Source of the DNA: Camelus dromedarius
Lineage: Eukaryota
DNA: 64,000 nucleotides
Direction: 5' to 3'
Assembly: GCF_036321535.1 (NCBI RefSeq)
Contig: NC_087436.1
Location: forward strand, 63,056,001-63,120,000
Below the pieces are notes generated by a model. That model was not told the DNA's origin. It ran no database searches and saw nothing but the letters and a program-made list of their open reading frames with translations. Of this stretch, positions 49,881 to 64,000 are shown piece by piece; the first letter of the stretch is position 1; each line of letters begins with the position of its first letter. The position numbers were made by a program, and so were the translations under genes.

Positions 49881-52800
49881 TAAATTTAAGACCTTCAAGA
49901 GTTAATAAATTCTATACATGTAACTCTTGTTTGATTTGAGTTCAAATGGCTTATCTCTGCAAAAATAACATCAGTTCATATGTTTTTTTTTTTTAATTAG
50001 GGATAACAGATTTAGTTCACAGAAGAATGAAGTAATCCAACTTCCTCACAATATCTAATTCTCACTGTATTTGTAGTGCAAAATTTGCCCAAAAAAATCC
50101 AAAATAACAAAAAACCTCTTTCTAAAACTCTGTGGTTCCTATACAATACCTCATTGCCCAAAATTGGCTATGATAATAATTAAACAAACCAATTGTTTTT
50201 TTCAGCTTATATGATGTTGAATTTGACTGTCATTTTACACATAAATTTGATTTTTTTTCCCACTGATTTATCTAGATGAAGAAGTTACTTTGACAGTGTA
50301 TATATTACAAGAGAGATAATTATATAACTCAAAAAACTAGAGTTAAGACAAATTACATCTGGATGAGAGGGTAACAGCAACTTGAAAGTAGTTTTACTGC
50401 TTAAAGTATTTAATATTGAAAGGTTATTTTGGAAAGGAAAGATACAAGTTATTAGTTCCATTTTGTATGCTTTTTATGAAAAGAAATAAAATAAGGTGGA
50501 AAAAGAGCAAGTATAAAATTGCAAAAGAAATTCCCTTTTTGGTTTTTTGTATCTTTGAAATTAGATTACTGTTCTATCTGCTTTAATATTGGTTGCAATT
50601 AGAAATAAATATGCTACAAGAACAAAAATATGAATAATTTTAAAATTTAGAGAGACAAGTGTAGTTAAAGTACAGTTATCTTACATTTGTATATTTTTGG
50701 ATACTGTTACATCTATTCCTGTATGGTCAATTAATGGAAATCCATGAAATCACAAAGGCAGATGCTGTTAATTAGAAATCCATATACAAATATAATTATG
50801 TATCTAATGAATCCCTATTTTATGTATATAATTAAGCTATGCACCAAGGGAAAGAAAGTATTAAGGAAACAATAAAGTCCTTGACATACAAGAGTGTTGT
50901 GGGGTTTTTTTCTCATGGGCAGTGTGTGCCCATGTTTCTGTTTCAGCTACATAATCCTATACATGCCAATTAGGAACATTTCACTTAAATTTCCTGCCCA
51001 TAAAATAAAAACCATAATACGTTCTCTTCTTTATTTCAGAATGAATACAATGTTCTATGTGAAATCATATTCATTGGAAGGAGAGAATGTATAATGAGCA
51101 ATATATCCACCAGCCGATTTGGTCCCCTGTAGGAAGGAGTAAGCTCTCCTTTCCATTTTCTAGGAAAATTAGTCTTGTATTTTCCTCCCTCCATATTATT
51201 TTTCTTAACAAATATGATTATTTTAGTAGACTTCACTCATTTTTCTGAGGGAAAGACATTTTAACTGGGAATAAAGTTGCAATTGAAAATATTGCAAAAA
51301 GTCATACAAAGATTCTAACCCACAGCTTCACTATGTAATACAAGGAGAACAGAAGTCAATTAAATTAAATGATAGTTTTGCCTTAAGATTAAATAAGTTC
51401 CTGACATTAATCTTTACTACCATGGCTGATGGTAAATTATCAATTCCAAGGACTCTTTTTATTGGACATAATTATTCAGATTTACCAGGTGTCTCTGAAG
51501 AAGATGTTATCAAATAACTTGTTCAACTTCAGTGTTGTAAATAACTGGGACAGGATGGTTTTCAGCCAAGGTAATATAAAAAATAAATAGAGCACACGGG
51601 AATGTCTGACAAGGTAATATGTCCATAAAATCTATCAGCTTTCCTGAGGCACTGAAAAATTTCTATTGTCAGCATGATACTCTCTATTATGTCTATATCT
51701 GGATATAATATTACTTGAAAGATGAATAAGTTGAAACATAGCTAAGGTATGCTTTCTTAATAGTGAAATTAGAGCTAACAGAATTGAAATATTTTTGAAG
51801 TAGAATAGTGTTTAAGTGGACAACTCAATAAAATGAGAATAGAAAAAATGTATTATTTCCCCTTCTCTTGATCATAAAAATGGATTTCAACTCTTTGGAA
51901 AATTCATCTTTCAAAAAGGTTTATAGTTGAAAAGAATTCTGTTAACAACATTTCCTCTTGCATTTATGCTTCCCTCTCCCATGACTTAAGAAGGAATAGA
52001 CCTGACTTTGCCTACATCTTTAGAAATACCATGATCTTTAGAATAAAAACACTAACATACACAAGCAATGTAAAAATCTGTTGCAAATGAAAACAAATTG
52101 ACCCAAGAAAAGTTAAAAGGTTGATTCAAATAATCAAATAAAACTGAATTTGATTGAGGTTAAGTTTAATGATTGGATATTACAAACTGCATTTTAAGAC
52201 AGTTTTATTGATCATCAAATCAGCCATAATGTATTGCTAACTTGCACAAACAAAAGCGTTCACAGACACATAGCTATTCAAGATCTCCATCAGGACCCCT
52301 TTGAGATTCTATTTCCCCAGTAAACTGGTCTTATCTCCAGGCAGTTGTAATTTCTTAGTCCTTTGAATTCCCAAAACACTTTCTATCTCTTCCATTCACT
52401 TGTAAATTAATCCTGGGTAGCAGGATGGCATTTATTTAAATCAGGCCATACTAATTTAATTTGCCTGTGTGTTTTGTTTTACCTACTATATATTAAACTT
52501 CAAGATGGCAATAAGTTTTCTCCAATCTTTTCTATTAGGGTGCCATGCCATATATTTGGTTGCTCTCTCCCGTCTCATTGTACATGAACAGAAACATTTT
52601 ACTGTTTTTCTTCAGAGCAGTATAACACACAATTCATAATTAACTACTACATGATTAACCTCAATAAATACTAATATATCTTAATCTCAATTTCATCAGA
52701 AAAAAATAAATTCTGCTAAATGCATAATTATGTATGAAAACTTATTTGCCTCATTTTCTAAGACAACTGGCTCATGGTATTTTACTTATCTTTCCATTTA

Positions 52801-53752
52801 GCATCTCCTTTGATACCCTATACATTTGAGAAAAACAGCACAGATGTCACCTCCTCCAGGAAGCCTTAACTAGTCCTCATTCCCCTCCTCAACCCATGTT
52901 CTCAGATATACTCCCATAGTTGCTGCATATCTCATTTCACATGACATTCTGTAATGTTCAGTCTCTTATATATGTTCCCACTGTGCTATGATTACTTTTC
53001 AGGCAAGATTTGCACTCCATTCTATCCCTGGCATGACACACCATATCTGTACATCAGAAACTATGCCACCTCCACCTAAAATGTGTTTAGAGATTTAATT
53101 TATTCATCCAAGTGTCTAGCCATGTGTCCATATACCTGCATCCAGCATGATGCCTGTTAAAATATTATCAATTCATGCTGAATGGTGTGCTGTAATAATT
53201 TTTATATATCTCCTGATGTTTAGCACAATAACTAACACACTGTGAGATTCCAGTAACACATTTTGAATTGATGTGTATTTGAGAAGACCCAGTAAATAGC
53301 ACTGTGAAAAATAAGACAAAGGATTAAAGCTGGGCTGAAATATCAGCAATATTACTGAGGACACAGAAGTATTGAAGAAAGGGCTTATTCTGAGAGTAAA
53401 TGTAACTTTGAACCAGCTACTATAATTGTGTAGATTTACAGAATCTACACAACCGCAGGAACTGCTAGACCAATGAAGTCTCCTGCTGTGTTCGCAGGTA
53501 GGTGGGGCAGGTAAGGGTTGTACCTCCTAGAAGCAGAAAAGTTTTGTTCTCTGCAGACAGATTGGCTCCACAGAGAGGAAAAGAAGGAGGAAGGTAGGCT
53601 GAAAGAAACCAAACTGTTCTCCTGGAGTTACCAATCTGGTATTATTTTCCAACTTCTCTGATGCAGAGTAAGTGACAGGGTAGAGAGAGACCATACTTAC
53701 TGAACTTTCTGCATATGGAATAAAATGGCAAGAGCAAGGGAGAGACATCTTT

Positions 53753-54027
53753 CTTTTTTTTTTTAATTGAGTTATAGTCATTTTACAATGTTGTGTCAAA
53801 TTCCAGTGTAGAGCACAAATTTTCAATTATACATTAACATACATATATTCATTGTCACATTTTTTTTCTTTGTGAGCTACCAAAAGATTTTGTATATATT
53901 TCCCCGTGCTATACAGTATAATCTTGTTTATCTATTCTATATATGCCTGTCAGTATCTACAAATTTTGAAATTCCAGTCTGTCCCTTCCCACCCTCTGCC
54001 CCCTTGGCAACTAGAAGTTTGTATTCT
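53753..54027 (-). mobile_element. L1 3' fragment with 15-bp TSD
   Basis: Poly(T), then 'aattgagttatagtcattttacaatgttgtgtcaaattccagtgtagagc'; TSD gggagagacatcttt (53738-53752) / ggaagagacatcttt (54028-54042). Confidence 0.92.
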
Positions 54028-57000
54028 GGAAGAGACATCTTTTAAGCACACTGAATGAATATAACAAGTAAACAAATGCATTTTTTTATCAGATTCTTGT
54101 ATAAAGAGGAAGAAAATATATACACACACACACACATATATATATAGACATGAAATTCCACCACCTTTTTTTTCTCTCTCAAGTGACTGATTAGTGGTAA
54201 CTAAAAGCAGGAAACAACAAAATAACAAAAAAATATAAGTTCAGACCTGATTCTAGCAAATATCAGAAGGTGGGAAAACACAGTACAACCAGGAATCATG
54301 TTTGGAATATAGTGGACAATGGCTATAATGCAACCACTACTTTTGGATATGTGTCCTGCCAGCAGGTATGACTGTTAGATTTCAAAGCACTGAATATTTT
54401 CCAAATGTAATTCACAATTTATAAACCATAAGTTCCTTCTCATTCAGCCTCTTCATTCCTGCTGTCCCCTAACTGACTCTTGCCACTTCTATAATTACCT
54501 CATTCTGTCTTTCCATCTAGTCCCAGATCAGTTATGTTTTGACCTTCAGTATTCTTCAGGGACATACTTTTTTTTGGACATGCCATTTCTCCTTTTTCTC
54601 TAAATCCCTGTTTTATCTTGAGGGGGATGTGCACATGCATATGTCATACGTTTTGGACTAAGTTTCCTTGGTAGCAGTTTTTTCTTGCAGCTCAGTAACA
54701 TTATACTGCTCTGTTTTACAGAAAGCAGAAAATTTTATGAGTTCAATTCAGTTTGTATTCCGAAGCAGTAACTGAAATTGTGTATTTGCTCCATTTGCTT
54801 ACAAATAAGCAATTTACGGCTTAAATGAACTCTTTTAGTGATTACAGTCTTCAGCATGAAGATATGGTATTTAATATCTTAAAAATAAACACATCTCTAG
54901 TAAATTTAGGGAGTCATATGATGAATAACATGTGGTTATTCATGTTGCAAAAGGACAAAAGAAGTTTGCATCACACAAAAACAATTATTATGTAAGAATA
55001 ATAGTGGTATCATTACCAGTGGCAATGTCCTGTCTTACTAAGGAAGCACCCTGAGAAAGTAAGGGCACATTCTACCAAAATGACTGAACATAGTAACTAG
55101 TTCTGTTTTTACTCTCTGATCTTTAGGAGAGATGTGATTTTGGTGAACCATAGAATAATGTGATTTTCATCTTGATGCATAAGTTTAAAGAGAAACAAAT
55201 AGTCCAACTTACCTATATTTTGAACTTGTATTTTTTCTAATTGCAATTAAGTAACACATTTAGCCTATAAACATAAAGTTAAAATAATATCTTTTTAGGT
55301 AAATTATTTGTTTCTCCATTAATTTAAGATATATCAGGTTATTTTCTAAAGTCTCGTTTCTACAAAATTCTATTGCTGTAACATAAATTGTGTAAATGGC
55401 TAAAGTGCTTCAGAAGGTATCTCAAAATTTTTAGTAGTTTAAATTTAGTTCAGGACTTTGAAAGCCCTGGCACCATTTTATAAATTATTAAAAAGACTAT
55501 AATGATCAAAAGAGATTCTATAATAGCATATCCATTGACTGGTTATTTAAAATGAAGCATAATAGATGATACATTATTTTTATTGGTTAAATTAATTTTG
55601 ATAGGAATGTAACTGATAAAATGGCAATCATAAAAACTGCATAATATATAGGTTTTTGAGTTACTTGTTAGATGTGGTTATGTCATCAGATGTCTAGTAA
55701 CTCAGTACATGGTAGGAATTTACAGGTATAAATTTATTCAACTTCTCATTTTCACCAGTCTAGGTGATTTAATGATATTGGTATTTTTTCTTCTATGCTA
55801 TGATTCTGAAGCAATGATTTGTAAATTTGAGATATTATTCAAATTACTTAATTGTGAGATAACACTGCCTTCATCATATACCTGGAATATCATTTATCTA
55901 TCCATTTTGTCAGTATTTATTGCTATTGGTAATATAATAATCCTTTTTTTAATCATGACCATTTGAAATCTAGAAATTTCTCAGAATTAAACTTAACTGC
56001 CAATTGTTAACTTGGTTTTACTGTCCTTATGCAGCGATAGACCTTCATAGAACATAAATAATCCAATGCCCTACGTTTGTCACAAATGTGTTTATTTTAT
56101 TTCTACCAACACTCAGTTCACAAGACTTTCTTCCAGCCAGAATATTAAACAATATGCTCTAAAGTTTAGCCCCCTTCCAACATAATACCCATTACATTTA
56201 ATGGGATAGCAGTGTGAGAGGAATATTATCTGGAAAGACTGGATAAAACTACTTTCTTTTGTTTTTAGTCCTAGGAGAAATTCTCACATTTTATCTTGGT
56301 CAACTTTCTTGGCATCTTACAATCTTTAGCATTACCTCATAAACACTCAAGACTCTAGCAAGTGGGTTCCTCTTGCTAGTTCAGAAGGATATTAGAACAT
56401 AGAGAGGCAAGTAAATAGATGAACAATATTCCAAGTCAAGAGAAAGAACATTTAGAATGAGGGGTGGTGGGGACAGGTGGGTTGTTCAAGGACAGTTACG
56501 CTGGAGAACTTAAAGTAGAATGACCAGGAGTCAAAACAATGTTTCTTGATCCCAGTTGCTTATGTGAGATCCCAGAATATTATTCTAATTTGTGTAATAA
56601 CCACTCTGTCATACATTATTTACCTTCAAAAAAAAAATTATCGACCTCTCTTTTTCAGACATTGTACTAATAACTGGGAAATTATTAACAATAATATTTG
56701 ATACAAGCCCCCAGGGAACTATTGCTTACAAATAAGTAACAGAGATTCAGAATATATAAAAGAAATGTAATAATTTAGATGTTTACAAAGTTCAAGGTCA
56801 GCACAGTAGCAATAGTTCTTGTCTGTTTTAGGTTTCCAGCATCATTTCCTGTTTAATCTTATTAAACCTTATTAATATTTGATTTGAAGTACTGGAACAT
56901 TTACAATGAGTCCTACTGCAGTCATCTTTGGGTAGCTGAGAAAATATTTACATGTGTTATAGGTAAAGTCTTAATTGTTAATTAGATAGATTTTATAATT

Positions 57001-59544
57001 ATCCAGTGTTTTTTAAATATATATATATATATATATATGTATGCATGTGTTACGATGTAAGGAATGTAGTGAGTATTCATATACGCCAAAGATCCGTGAA
57101 TCACTTAACTTAGTAACTGACTATAAATGTTGAACTCCAGAAATGGTGTCAAGTATACTTGCTTTTCCTTATATGGGTAGCTACTGGTTCATGAAGCTTA
57201 TCTATTCATAGAACTTGAAATCTTACCTCTGTGGAGATAACTTTGTGCCATTCATCAGCTTTATGGTATACCTGGATGCCTCTGGATCACTTAACATCCA
57301 ATTTGTCATCTTTTCCCACAATATAGATTCTATGCTGACATCCTTATTATTACTCAGCTGCAAAATGATAGAATGACTCTTGTTACTTCACTTACTCCAA
57401 CATACAATAATACTTCATCTCTTATTCCATATACCTATGGATTATTTTGTCTTCCTAAATGCCATAAACTTCTGCCATCATCTATAAGCTTACTGTAATG
57501 ACTTATTCCTAACTCCAACTTACCCCATCTAATTCATCTAACATCTTTTTTTTAATAAATACACTTTTAAAAACATTTTTTGAGTAAGTTTAGCATCTAA
57601 CATACCTTTTCGCAGCATTTTCTCTAAAACATTATTTAGTCATGTCAATATTTGACTTAAATTCTTTCAATACGTCACTAAAATCTTTTGATTTTTTTTT
57701 TTGTTTTATGTTGTACTTTTTTATGTTATACTTTTCTCAATATATACTTTGAACACTTTGTACTCGCCTTTGTGGTTATCATATCATTCTTCTCACTTGA
57801 GATAAATTCTTGTCTATTTTTCCCCTTCCCTAACATTTCATTTTTTGGTAGAGCAGAAAAAAAAACTCATTACAGTGGTATTGACCTAGAACATTAGCAT
57901 CCTTAGAGGGCTCATTTCTTTTTGACATACATTTAGCATAGGCATGCTTATGTGGATTGTCATTTTTGCTTTGTTTAATACACATAATCCTTTTTCTTTC
58001 AACTTAGATCTAGAGAGAAGGAGGCACATTTCTCTCAAAATGTATGTTCCTAGAGCTTAAACACTATGCCCCACAATTTGTAGTCAGTGAAAATATTTTA
58101 ACATTAGAGATGACTGATGATAATGAATACTGGACAGTCATCAACACTTAATTACCAAACATTCTATAAAATACTTTGTGAAACTATCTGGTGAATATTA
58201 CCTCTTATTGAGGATAAGTGAATGAACACTGCATTTAGATTATGTATACTCTTAAGATAAACATTAAACATAGCCCTGCAAGTGAAAAAGCCTGGTATTT
58301 TAAACACAGTTCCTCTACTGATATATTCTGTAACTTTGGTCAAGCCATGAAACTATTTAAATACTGTCAGTACTAAATTATATAAATAATAATAGCATAT
58401 AGTTAAGAAAAAATGAGAGGAAATGTATAATGTCCTAAGCTTGCCAAAGGATAGCACACTCAAAATTAATTCAAAACTATAATTATTATTTATTTTTCAA
58501 AATTAAGTATACTAGAATAAATGTATTTATATAAACTGTCAGCATATTATTTAATGTTTTAGTTCATTATATAATTTTTTGAAATAGGAAATTAATTCAC
58601 ATGATTTTTATAAGAGTGTACATTTTCTGTGAAAAAAAATCTCTGCTCAAAAACGCTGCCAATATTTTTTAACAAGTTCATATTTATTTATTCATTTTGA
58701 CATAAATCCTCAATATCAACTGCAATATCTGCAGATGGCGTATCACATGAACAACCAGAAGAGTAAATGTGAAGGATTTAATGGTGGGCTATAGAATTTA
58801 ATACAGACAGGAGAGACACAGCTTTAAAGATTTCAGTTCATTTCTTATTTGATTATTTATGAGAAATAATAACTGAAAAATAACAATTCTGCTTAATAAT
58901 ATCATTTCCAAAATTTAATAAATATCTACTGCAGATAATGCATACTTCTTAGCACTTCAGGATATCTGAAACTGAATAGAGCATCTTTAGTCAGCAGGGT
59001 AAAACTAGGACTAGACAAGTTGGTCTGAAAAAGCAGTTCTAAATCAACACATTCTTATTCAGCAGACAATGTGAGGACCTTCGCTAACTCTATCTACCCT
59101 TCCTGAACTCTTGCTTACCGTCTTCCCAGAATTTACTATTTATCAACATGGTCTTCAATCTCAAAATTGTCCTCATTTTCTTAATCAGACCCATTTCTTC
59201 ATGCTTTTTATTTATCTCTTTAAAATTTTTCCATCATACATTCCAGGGGGACCTGTCCTGCCTGATGGACATATGAGTGAAATGGCTAGTTACATATGCT
59301 GACAAAATGGCAAAATTATGTAACTGTACCGACTGAAGGAAGAATTTGACCTTCAAGGTTCTTATGTCTAGTGGAGAACCAAATAAATAAACCCACAATG
59401 GAGCATGAAATAAATAATTTCCGAGTGTTGTCAGAGCCTGTCAGAGGATTTCCTTATAAGATGTAGACATGACCTACAACCTTGAAGACGCTTGGAACTA
59501 AAAAAAAAAAAAAAAGATCTTTAATAATTTTAAATAAATGTAGG

Positions 59545-59710
59545 CAAGACTTATTGAACATTTAATATGCACTTAGCATTATTCTAAATTATTTATACAG
59601 ATTAATTTATGAGGATGTAAAGGACAGTTATGCACAGCTGGTAGGAGGCAGAGTCAGGACTTCAATTTAGACAATGTAACTCCTGATAATATGCTCTTAA
59701 TTATTATACT
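59545..59710 (-). mobile_element. MIR SINE remnant
   Basis: 'acttattgaacatttaatatgc', 'cacagctggtaggaggcagagtcaggacttcaa'. Confidence 0.6.
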
Positions 59711-61240
59711 ATATTTGAATAATTAATAAGAATTCCAACAAAACTAAGATTTCCCTCCAGATTAGATATTTTGATGCCTAATATACAAACAAATCAAGTA
59801 AAAATAACAGAAAATACTTTCATTTCTTTCAAAAACTTTGCTATTGTTTGCCTGTTGTCTTTTTGTGGTACTCATAGCTTACCCACTGGATAATGCAACA
59901 CTAGGAGAGAAGTATGCAAAGGGTCACTTCCTATGTAGTGTTAATTAGGAGCTGTTCATACCAAGAAAGGGCTGGGGAAAAACCATATAATACAGACAGA
60001 AATAAAAACAGTATGTGCAAAATAGAAAGACATTAAAGAACAACAAGGAAGAGTACAAATCATACAGAGGTCATAAGGTGAGAATGTAGCACAAGAATGA
60101 ATAAAACACTGACTAAAATAAGTCAGTGAAGGACTTAAGAACAGCATAGTCAGAAATATCTATGCTGGAGAGATCAGTTTGACTAAGGAATTATAACAGA
60201 ATAGGTAAGAACAGTTGTAGGTGAACAGAGTAAAATCGGAGTGAAATAGTGAGGTCTGACCTAAGACAATGGCAGATAGAAGATGAGAAATAAATGCACA
60301 ATCAAGAGTAAGGATAATGAACTAATGCCTTGAAGACTGCTTAAAATCAGCAGGCAAGTAAGGAGAGGTCATAGAAGACTTCTGGCCTGATCCAGTGGAA
60401 AGATTCTAAGCCTAAAATATATGAAGAAAAACAAATATGACGTAGGTTAGGAAGAAGAATTTGGATTCTCCCTTTCAGAAAATATTTGCAAACCTAAATT
60501 GTCTCAGGCATTGTGTATGACTCCAGATTTGTTGTGATTAACAAAAGAAATATTGTTTCTGACTCCATGAAAATAACATTCAACTCTGATAGAGCATACA
60601 CAAGAAAGCTTAGAAATAGATGCAATTAAAATTTAGGATTAATGCAAAAATGGTTAAAGCAGATTTTAATGAGAAAGTGTGAAGCTGAGGACAAGATATT
60701 TTAAATTATGATTAGAAATAATTTATCTGAAGGATATTTTCTCAGAGTCCTGAAAGTCGAGAAGTCAGTCAAATCAGCTCTCCTGTCAAGAGACTTCCAG
60801 TCATGTGGGAGTAAAAACCCAAAAGTGGAGAAACCTAAAGAAGATGAAAAGGATTCTTTTATATTTTGCACAGCAATGTTTTATGATTTTTAGTATAAAG
60901 GAACTCATTATATTTGTGTGTATAGTAAATAACTATTTTTCCACTTTTTTAATCTCATTTCCCTTCCTGCTAAAGTAAGATATCAATTATAGTCAACCTT
61001 CTATCTAAGTATTGTAAATATAGTACATCAAAAGAGAATCTAACTCAGGTAGAAAAGGACTGATCCTCACCTAAACATGGGTAGAGAGAGTGTATATTTA
61101 TTTAGGAGGGGAAGCTATTTGCATGTTTTCACTGTATTTGGGATAGCAGTATCACATTATACAGAACTATGGTTTTGGTGCTGTCTTTATTTGTAAGTGT
61201 AGTTAAAAAAGATGGTTATGAACGCCAGATTGCCAAGAAG

Positions 61241-61843
61241 TGGATAGTATGACTTTGTTCTGTGTCAACATTGCTACACTTCAGCTACATTTTCCAGAAT
61301 GCCCTTACCTATATGACTCTGGATTGGAGCTGACAAAATGGAGCAAGGCCATGATGTTCTGAAGGTTGATAGAGTGCCAGTTGCTGTTGCAACATTTAGT
61401 TGCCTGTTACTACTGATCTGCTGGCTTATTTTGTTGGTGTGTAATAGCTAAGTCTGGGGTTCTCTTAGTTCCAAAGTCACCTCCTTCTTCAGTGCTTCAA
61501 TTTCCAGGGCAGGTACTGCTCCAAGGTGGAGTGTCCAGCTTCCACTGCAAATCATCTACTTCATCAATGTTGTAAGTAGTGAAAGGTGTCTGCTCCAGTT
61601 TTGCTTCCTAAGGCCCAGGTTACCCTGATATGTTTCAGTCAGTGGCCAGCTTCCCCACAGGGCTAGTTCTGTTTTGGTTCACAGCAACTTCAGGTAAAAC
61701 ACCAGATACAGAGGCAAAAGTCTTAGCAAGACTTCCTCATCAGCTCTCACAACTGTGTGAGGTATGATGCTTACACCAAACTCACAGTGTAACATCACTA
61801 TTAGGGTCCTATTTCTCTCTCTAATCAATCCCTGTCTGATAAA
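61241..61843 (+). mobile_element. Solo ERVL LTR (LTR41-like)
   Basis: 'tgtgtcaacattgctacacttcagctacattttccagaatgccctt' ... 'ccagatacagaggcaaaagtctt' ... 'ctaatcaatccctgtctgata'. Confidence 0.7.
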
Positions 61844-61849
61844 ATAAGT

Positions 61850-62620
61850 ACTCCTCCTTCTGGATTTTGAGTTTGTATAAAATTGATACTATTTCTTTCA
61901 TAAATGATTAATATAGTTTATCAGTGATACCATCTATACTGGAATATTTTTGTGTAAATTTTTAAATTATAAATTCAGTTTCTTTAATAAGCATTGAGCT
62001 AGCCATATCTTACATAGATTATGAAAATTTGTATTTTTCAAGGATTGTTCCATTTAATTTATGTAATGAAATTTACTGGTATATAGTTGTTCATATTCCT
62101 TATTAGCTCTTCAATACATGTAGGATATAAAAACATATCCTCTGCTTCATTTGTGACTTTGTTAACTGGTGTTTTCTGTTTTCTTTTTGTAAGGCTTGTT
62201 TGGAGTTTATTAATTTTTTCAAATTACCAAATTTACCCTTTCTTATTTTTCTCCATTTTCTGTTGGTTTTCAGATTAATAAACCCAAATTTAGGCTTTTT
62301 ATTTAATTTTTTTGGTACTTATTTTGGGGCTTTTTTGTTATCTTTTTCTAGCTTCTAAGGAGGAACTTAGATTACTGATCTTACACTTCTGGGTTTTTTA
62401 TCTCTTTTGTAATCATTTTTTAAATTGAAGTATAGTTAATTTACAATGTTGCATTAGTTTCTTGTGTACAGAGAAGTGATTCAGTATATATATATATATA
62501 TACACACACACACTTTTTCAAATGCCATGATTTAAATTAAAACATTGCCTTTAATCACTGTTGCAGCTACATACTATAATTTTGATATGTTTATTGTTGT
62601 TATTATTACTGAATTAAATA
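61850..62620 (-). mobile_element. Old L1 ORF2 fragment with a younger L1 3' stub at ~62417-62520
   Basis: 'aaattcagtttctttaata', 'aggattgttccatttaattt'; stub 'aattgaagtatagttaatttacaatgttgcattagtttcttgtgtacag'. Confidence 0.65.
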
Positions 62621-63019
62621 TTTCAGAACTTCTATTGTGCTTGAGGAATTCTCCCCAGGTAGAGGGCTGTGGCAATACGAATTTTACCTCATAAGTGTTC
62701 TTTTCTCAGGAATTATTGTCTTGCTCTGCCAGTTGTCCAAAGTCTAAAAACAGGGCCTCATATGCACTTTGTTGAGGGTTATAGCCATTTATGTCAGGCT
62801 GACTAGTTTTCTACTAGCTATCCCAAGGTTCTGAGAAAGCGGTTATCCCCTGATGAGTGACTTTTCATCATGCAGAATAAAATTTATTCATAGAACAATC
62901 TGAAAAGACAGAAGAGATACTTTTGACAAGTTAAAAGAATAAACAAGTAGTGAAACTTTTAAGAAATAGTTTTCAGATATTTAGAGTATAAAACGTTTTC
63001 TATTGATTTTGAAAATAGC

Positions 63020-63450
63020 AAACATGCTACCTTGCAATATATGGCCTTTATTATGTTGAGGTATGTTCCCTCTATACCCAGTTTGTTCAGTTTCTGGTAT
63101 TTTTGATCCTAGAAATACAATGTAGAAAAGCAGTTTGGGGACATCTGCAAAAACCTGAATGCAGATGTGAATTTTACAAAACATTATAGAATTATTGTTA
63201 ACTTTCTTGGGAGCTGGTATGTTGTTAAATATTTAGGTGATGCATGCTGAAAATATTGAGTGAATAGTCATGTTATCTCTAAGCTTCTTTAAAAATGATT
63301 CAGATATATGTGTGTATGTGTATAAATGTGTGTGTATCAAACAACTATGGAACAATGCTAATTCATTTTTATTCAGGGTGGAGGATAAATGAAAACTGGT
63401 TGGTATTTTTTGTAATTTTTTAGTGTACTATAAAAATTTCCAAATGAAAA
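63020..63450. mobile_element. L1 fragments: antisense ORF2 piece (~63020-63090) next to sense old L1 3' UTR
   Basis: 'atatggcctttattatgttgaggtatgttccctctataccca' is antisense ORF2; 'tttggggacatctgcaaaaacctgaatgcaga...aaaatttccaaatgaaaa' is L1ME-like 3' UTR. Confidence 0.6.
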
Positions 63451-63799
63451 ATAAATCTAAGATTTCAACATTATTTCTAATAATTACCAATATATTCTGC
63501 TGCCTAGAATGATGCCTGGAACATAGTAGGCACTAAGTAAATATTTGCTGAACAAAAAAATTACTGAATTAATCAATTATAATCCTTTCATGTGGCTGGG
63601 AGATTAGGTATTTAATTATGAAAATAAACTAAAACTTATCTCACCATTGAAAAGTTACATAATAATAAAACTAAATTTTAAAATATAATTATATGTTACT
63701 ATACATATAAAACTATGGTTTATTTATTATAAATTTTATTATTATCATTATTACAATAAGTTATTTTATTTTCATCATATCACTTGGTCTCTATAAAAA

Positions 63800-63930
63800 T
63801 CCTCTAATAGATTTAGATTCACTCTTTACACTTGAAAAGATTAAGGTACAAAAGAGATTAGATAACTTGTCTTAATGCCATGTACCTAGTAAGTGGCAAA
63901 TCTCAGACTCCTGCTAAACCATTTTGATTC
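63800..63930 (-). mobile_element. MIR SINE remnant
   Basis: 'agagattagataacttgtcttaatgccatgtacctagtaagtggcaaa'. Confidence 0.65.
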
Positions 63931-63978
63931 TGTTGCTATTGTTCTTTTTATCACATTATGCTGTTACTTTCTAATGTC

Positions 63979-64000
63979 TGTGTGTGTGTGTGTGTGTGTG
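63979..64000. repeat. (TG)n microsatellite running off the window
   Basis: Directly visible. Confidence 0.95.

Noticed and set aside
689..63184. The short ORFs in the six-frame track as genes
   Set aside because: They are 60-136 aa, F/L/I/S-rich or low-complexity, often non-ATG starts or within repeats; none resembles a known cellular protein except L1 ORF2 fragments.

Overview
AT-rich, CpG-depleted, repeat-dense mammalian genomic DNA (intergenic or deep intron). A tRNA-derived SINE of the Vic-1 type and cetartiodactyl-style L1 3' ends point to a camelid (alpaca/llama/camel). I cannot support any intact protein-coding gene, RNA gene or new biological system. The only recognisable protein homologies are decayed retroelements: L1 ORF2 (10.4-12.3 kb), ERVL reverse transcriptase (~25.0 kb) and ERVL gag (~46.7 kb). 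The main structure is layered transposon history: a two-LTR MaLR (MLT1F-like) provirus with an MLT2 LTR nested in its terminus, two partial ERVL proviruses, a dense pile-up of LTRs inside an old L1 (36-43.5 kb), several short L1/SINE insertions with readable target-site duplications (TSDs), and an unassigned ~55-60 bp degenerate tandem array (13.4-14.4 kb). A few exon-like or promoter-like unique segments are low-confidence leads. Repeat family names come from my recall of consensus sequences, not from a search, and boundaries without a TSD are approximate.
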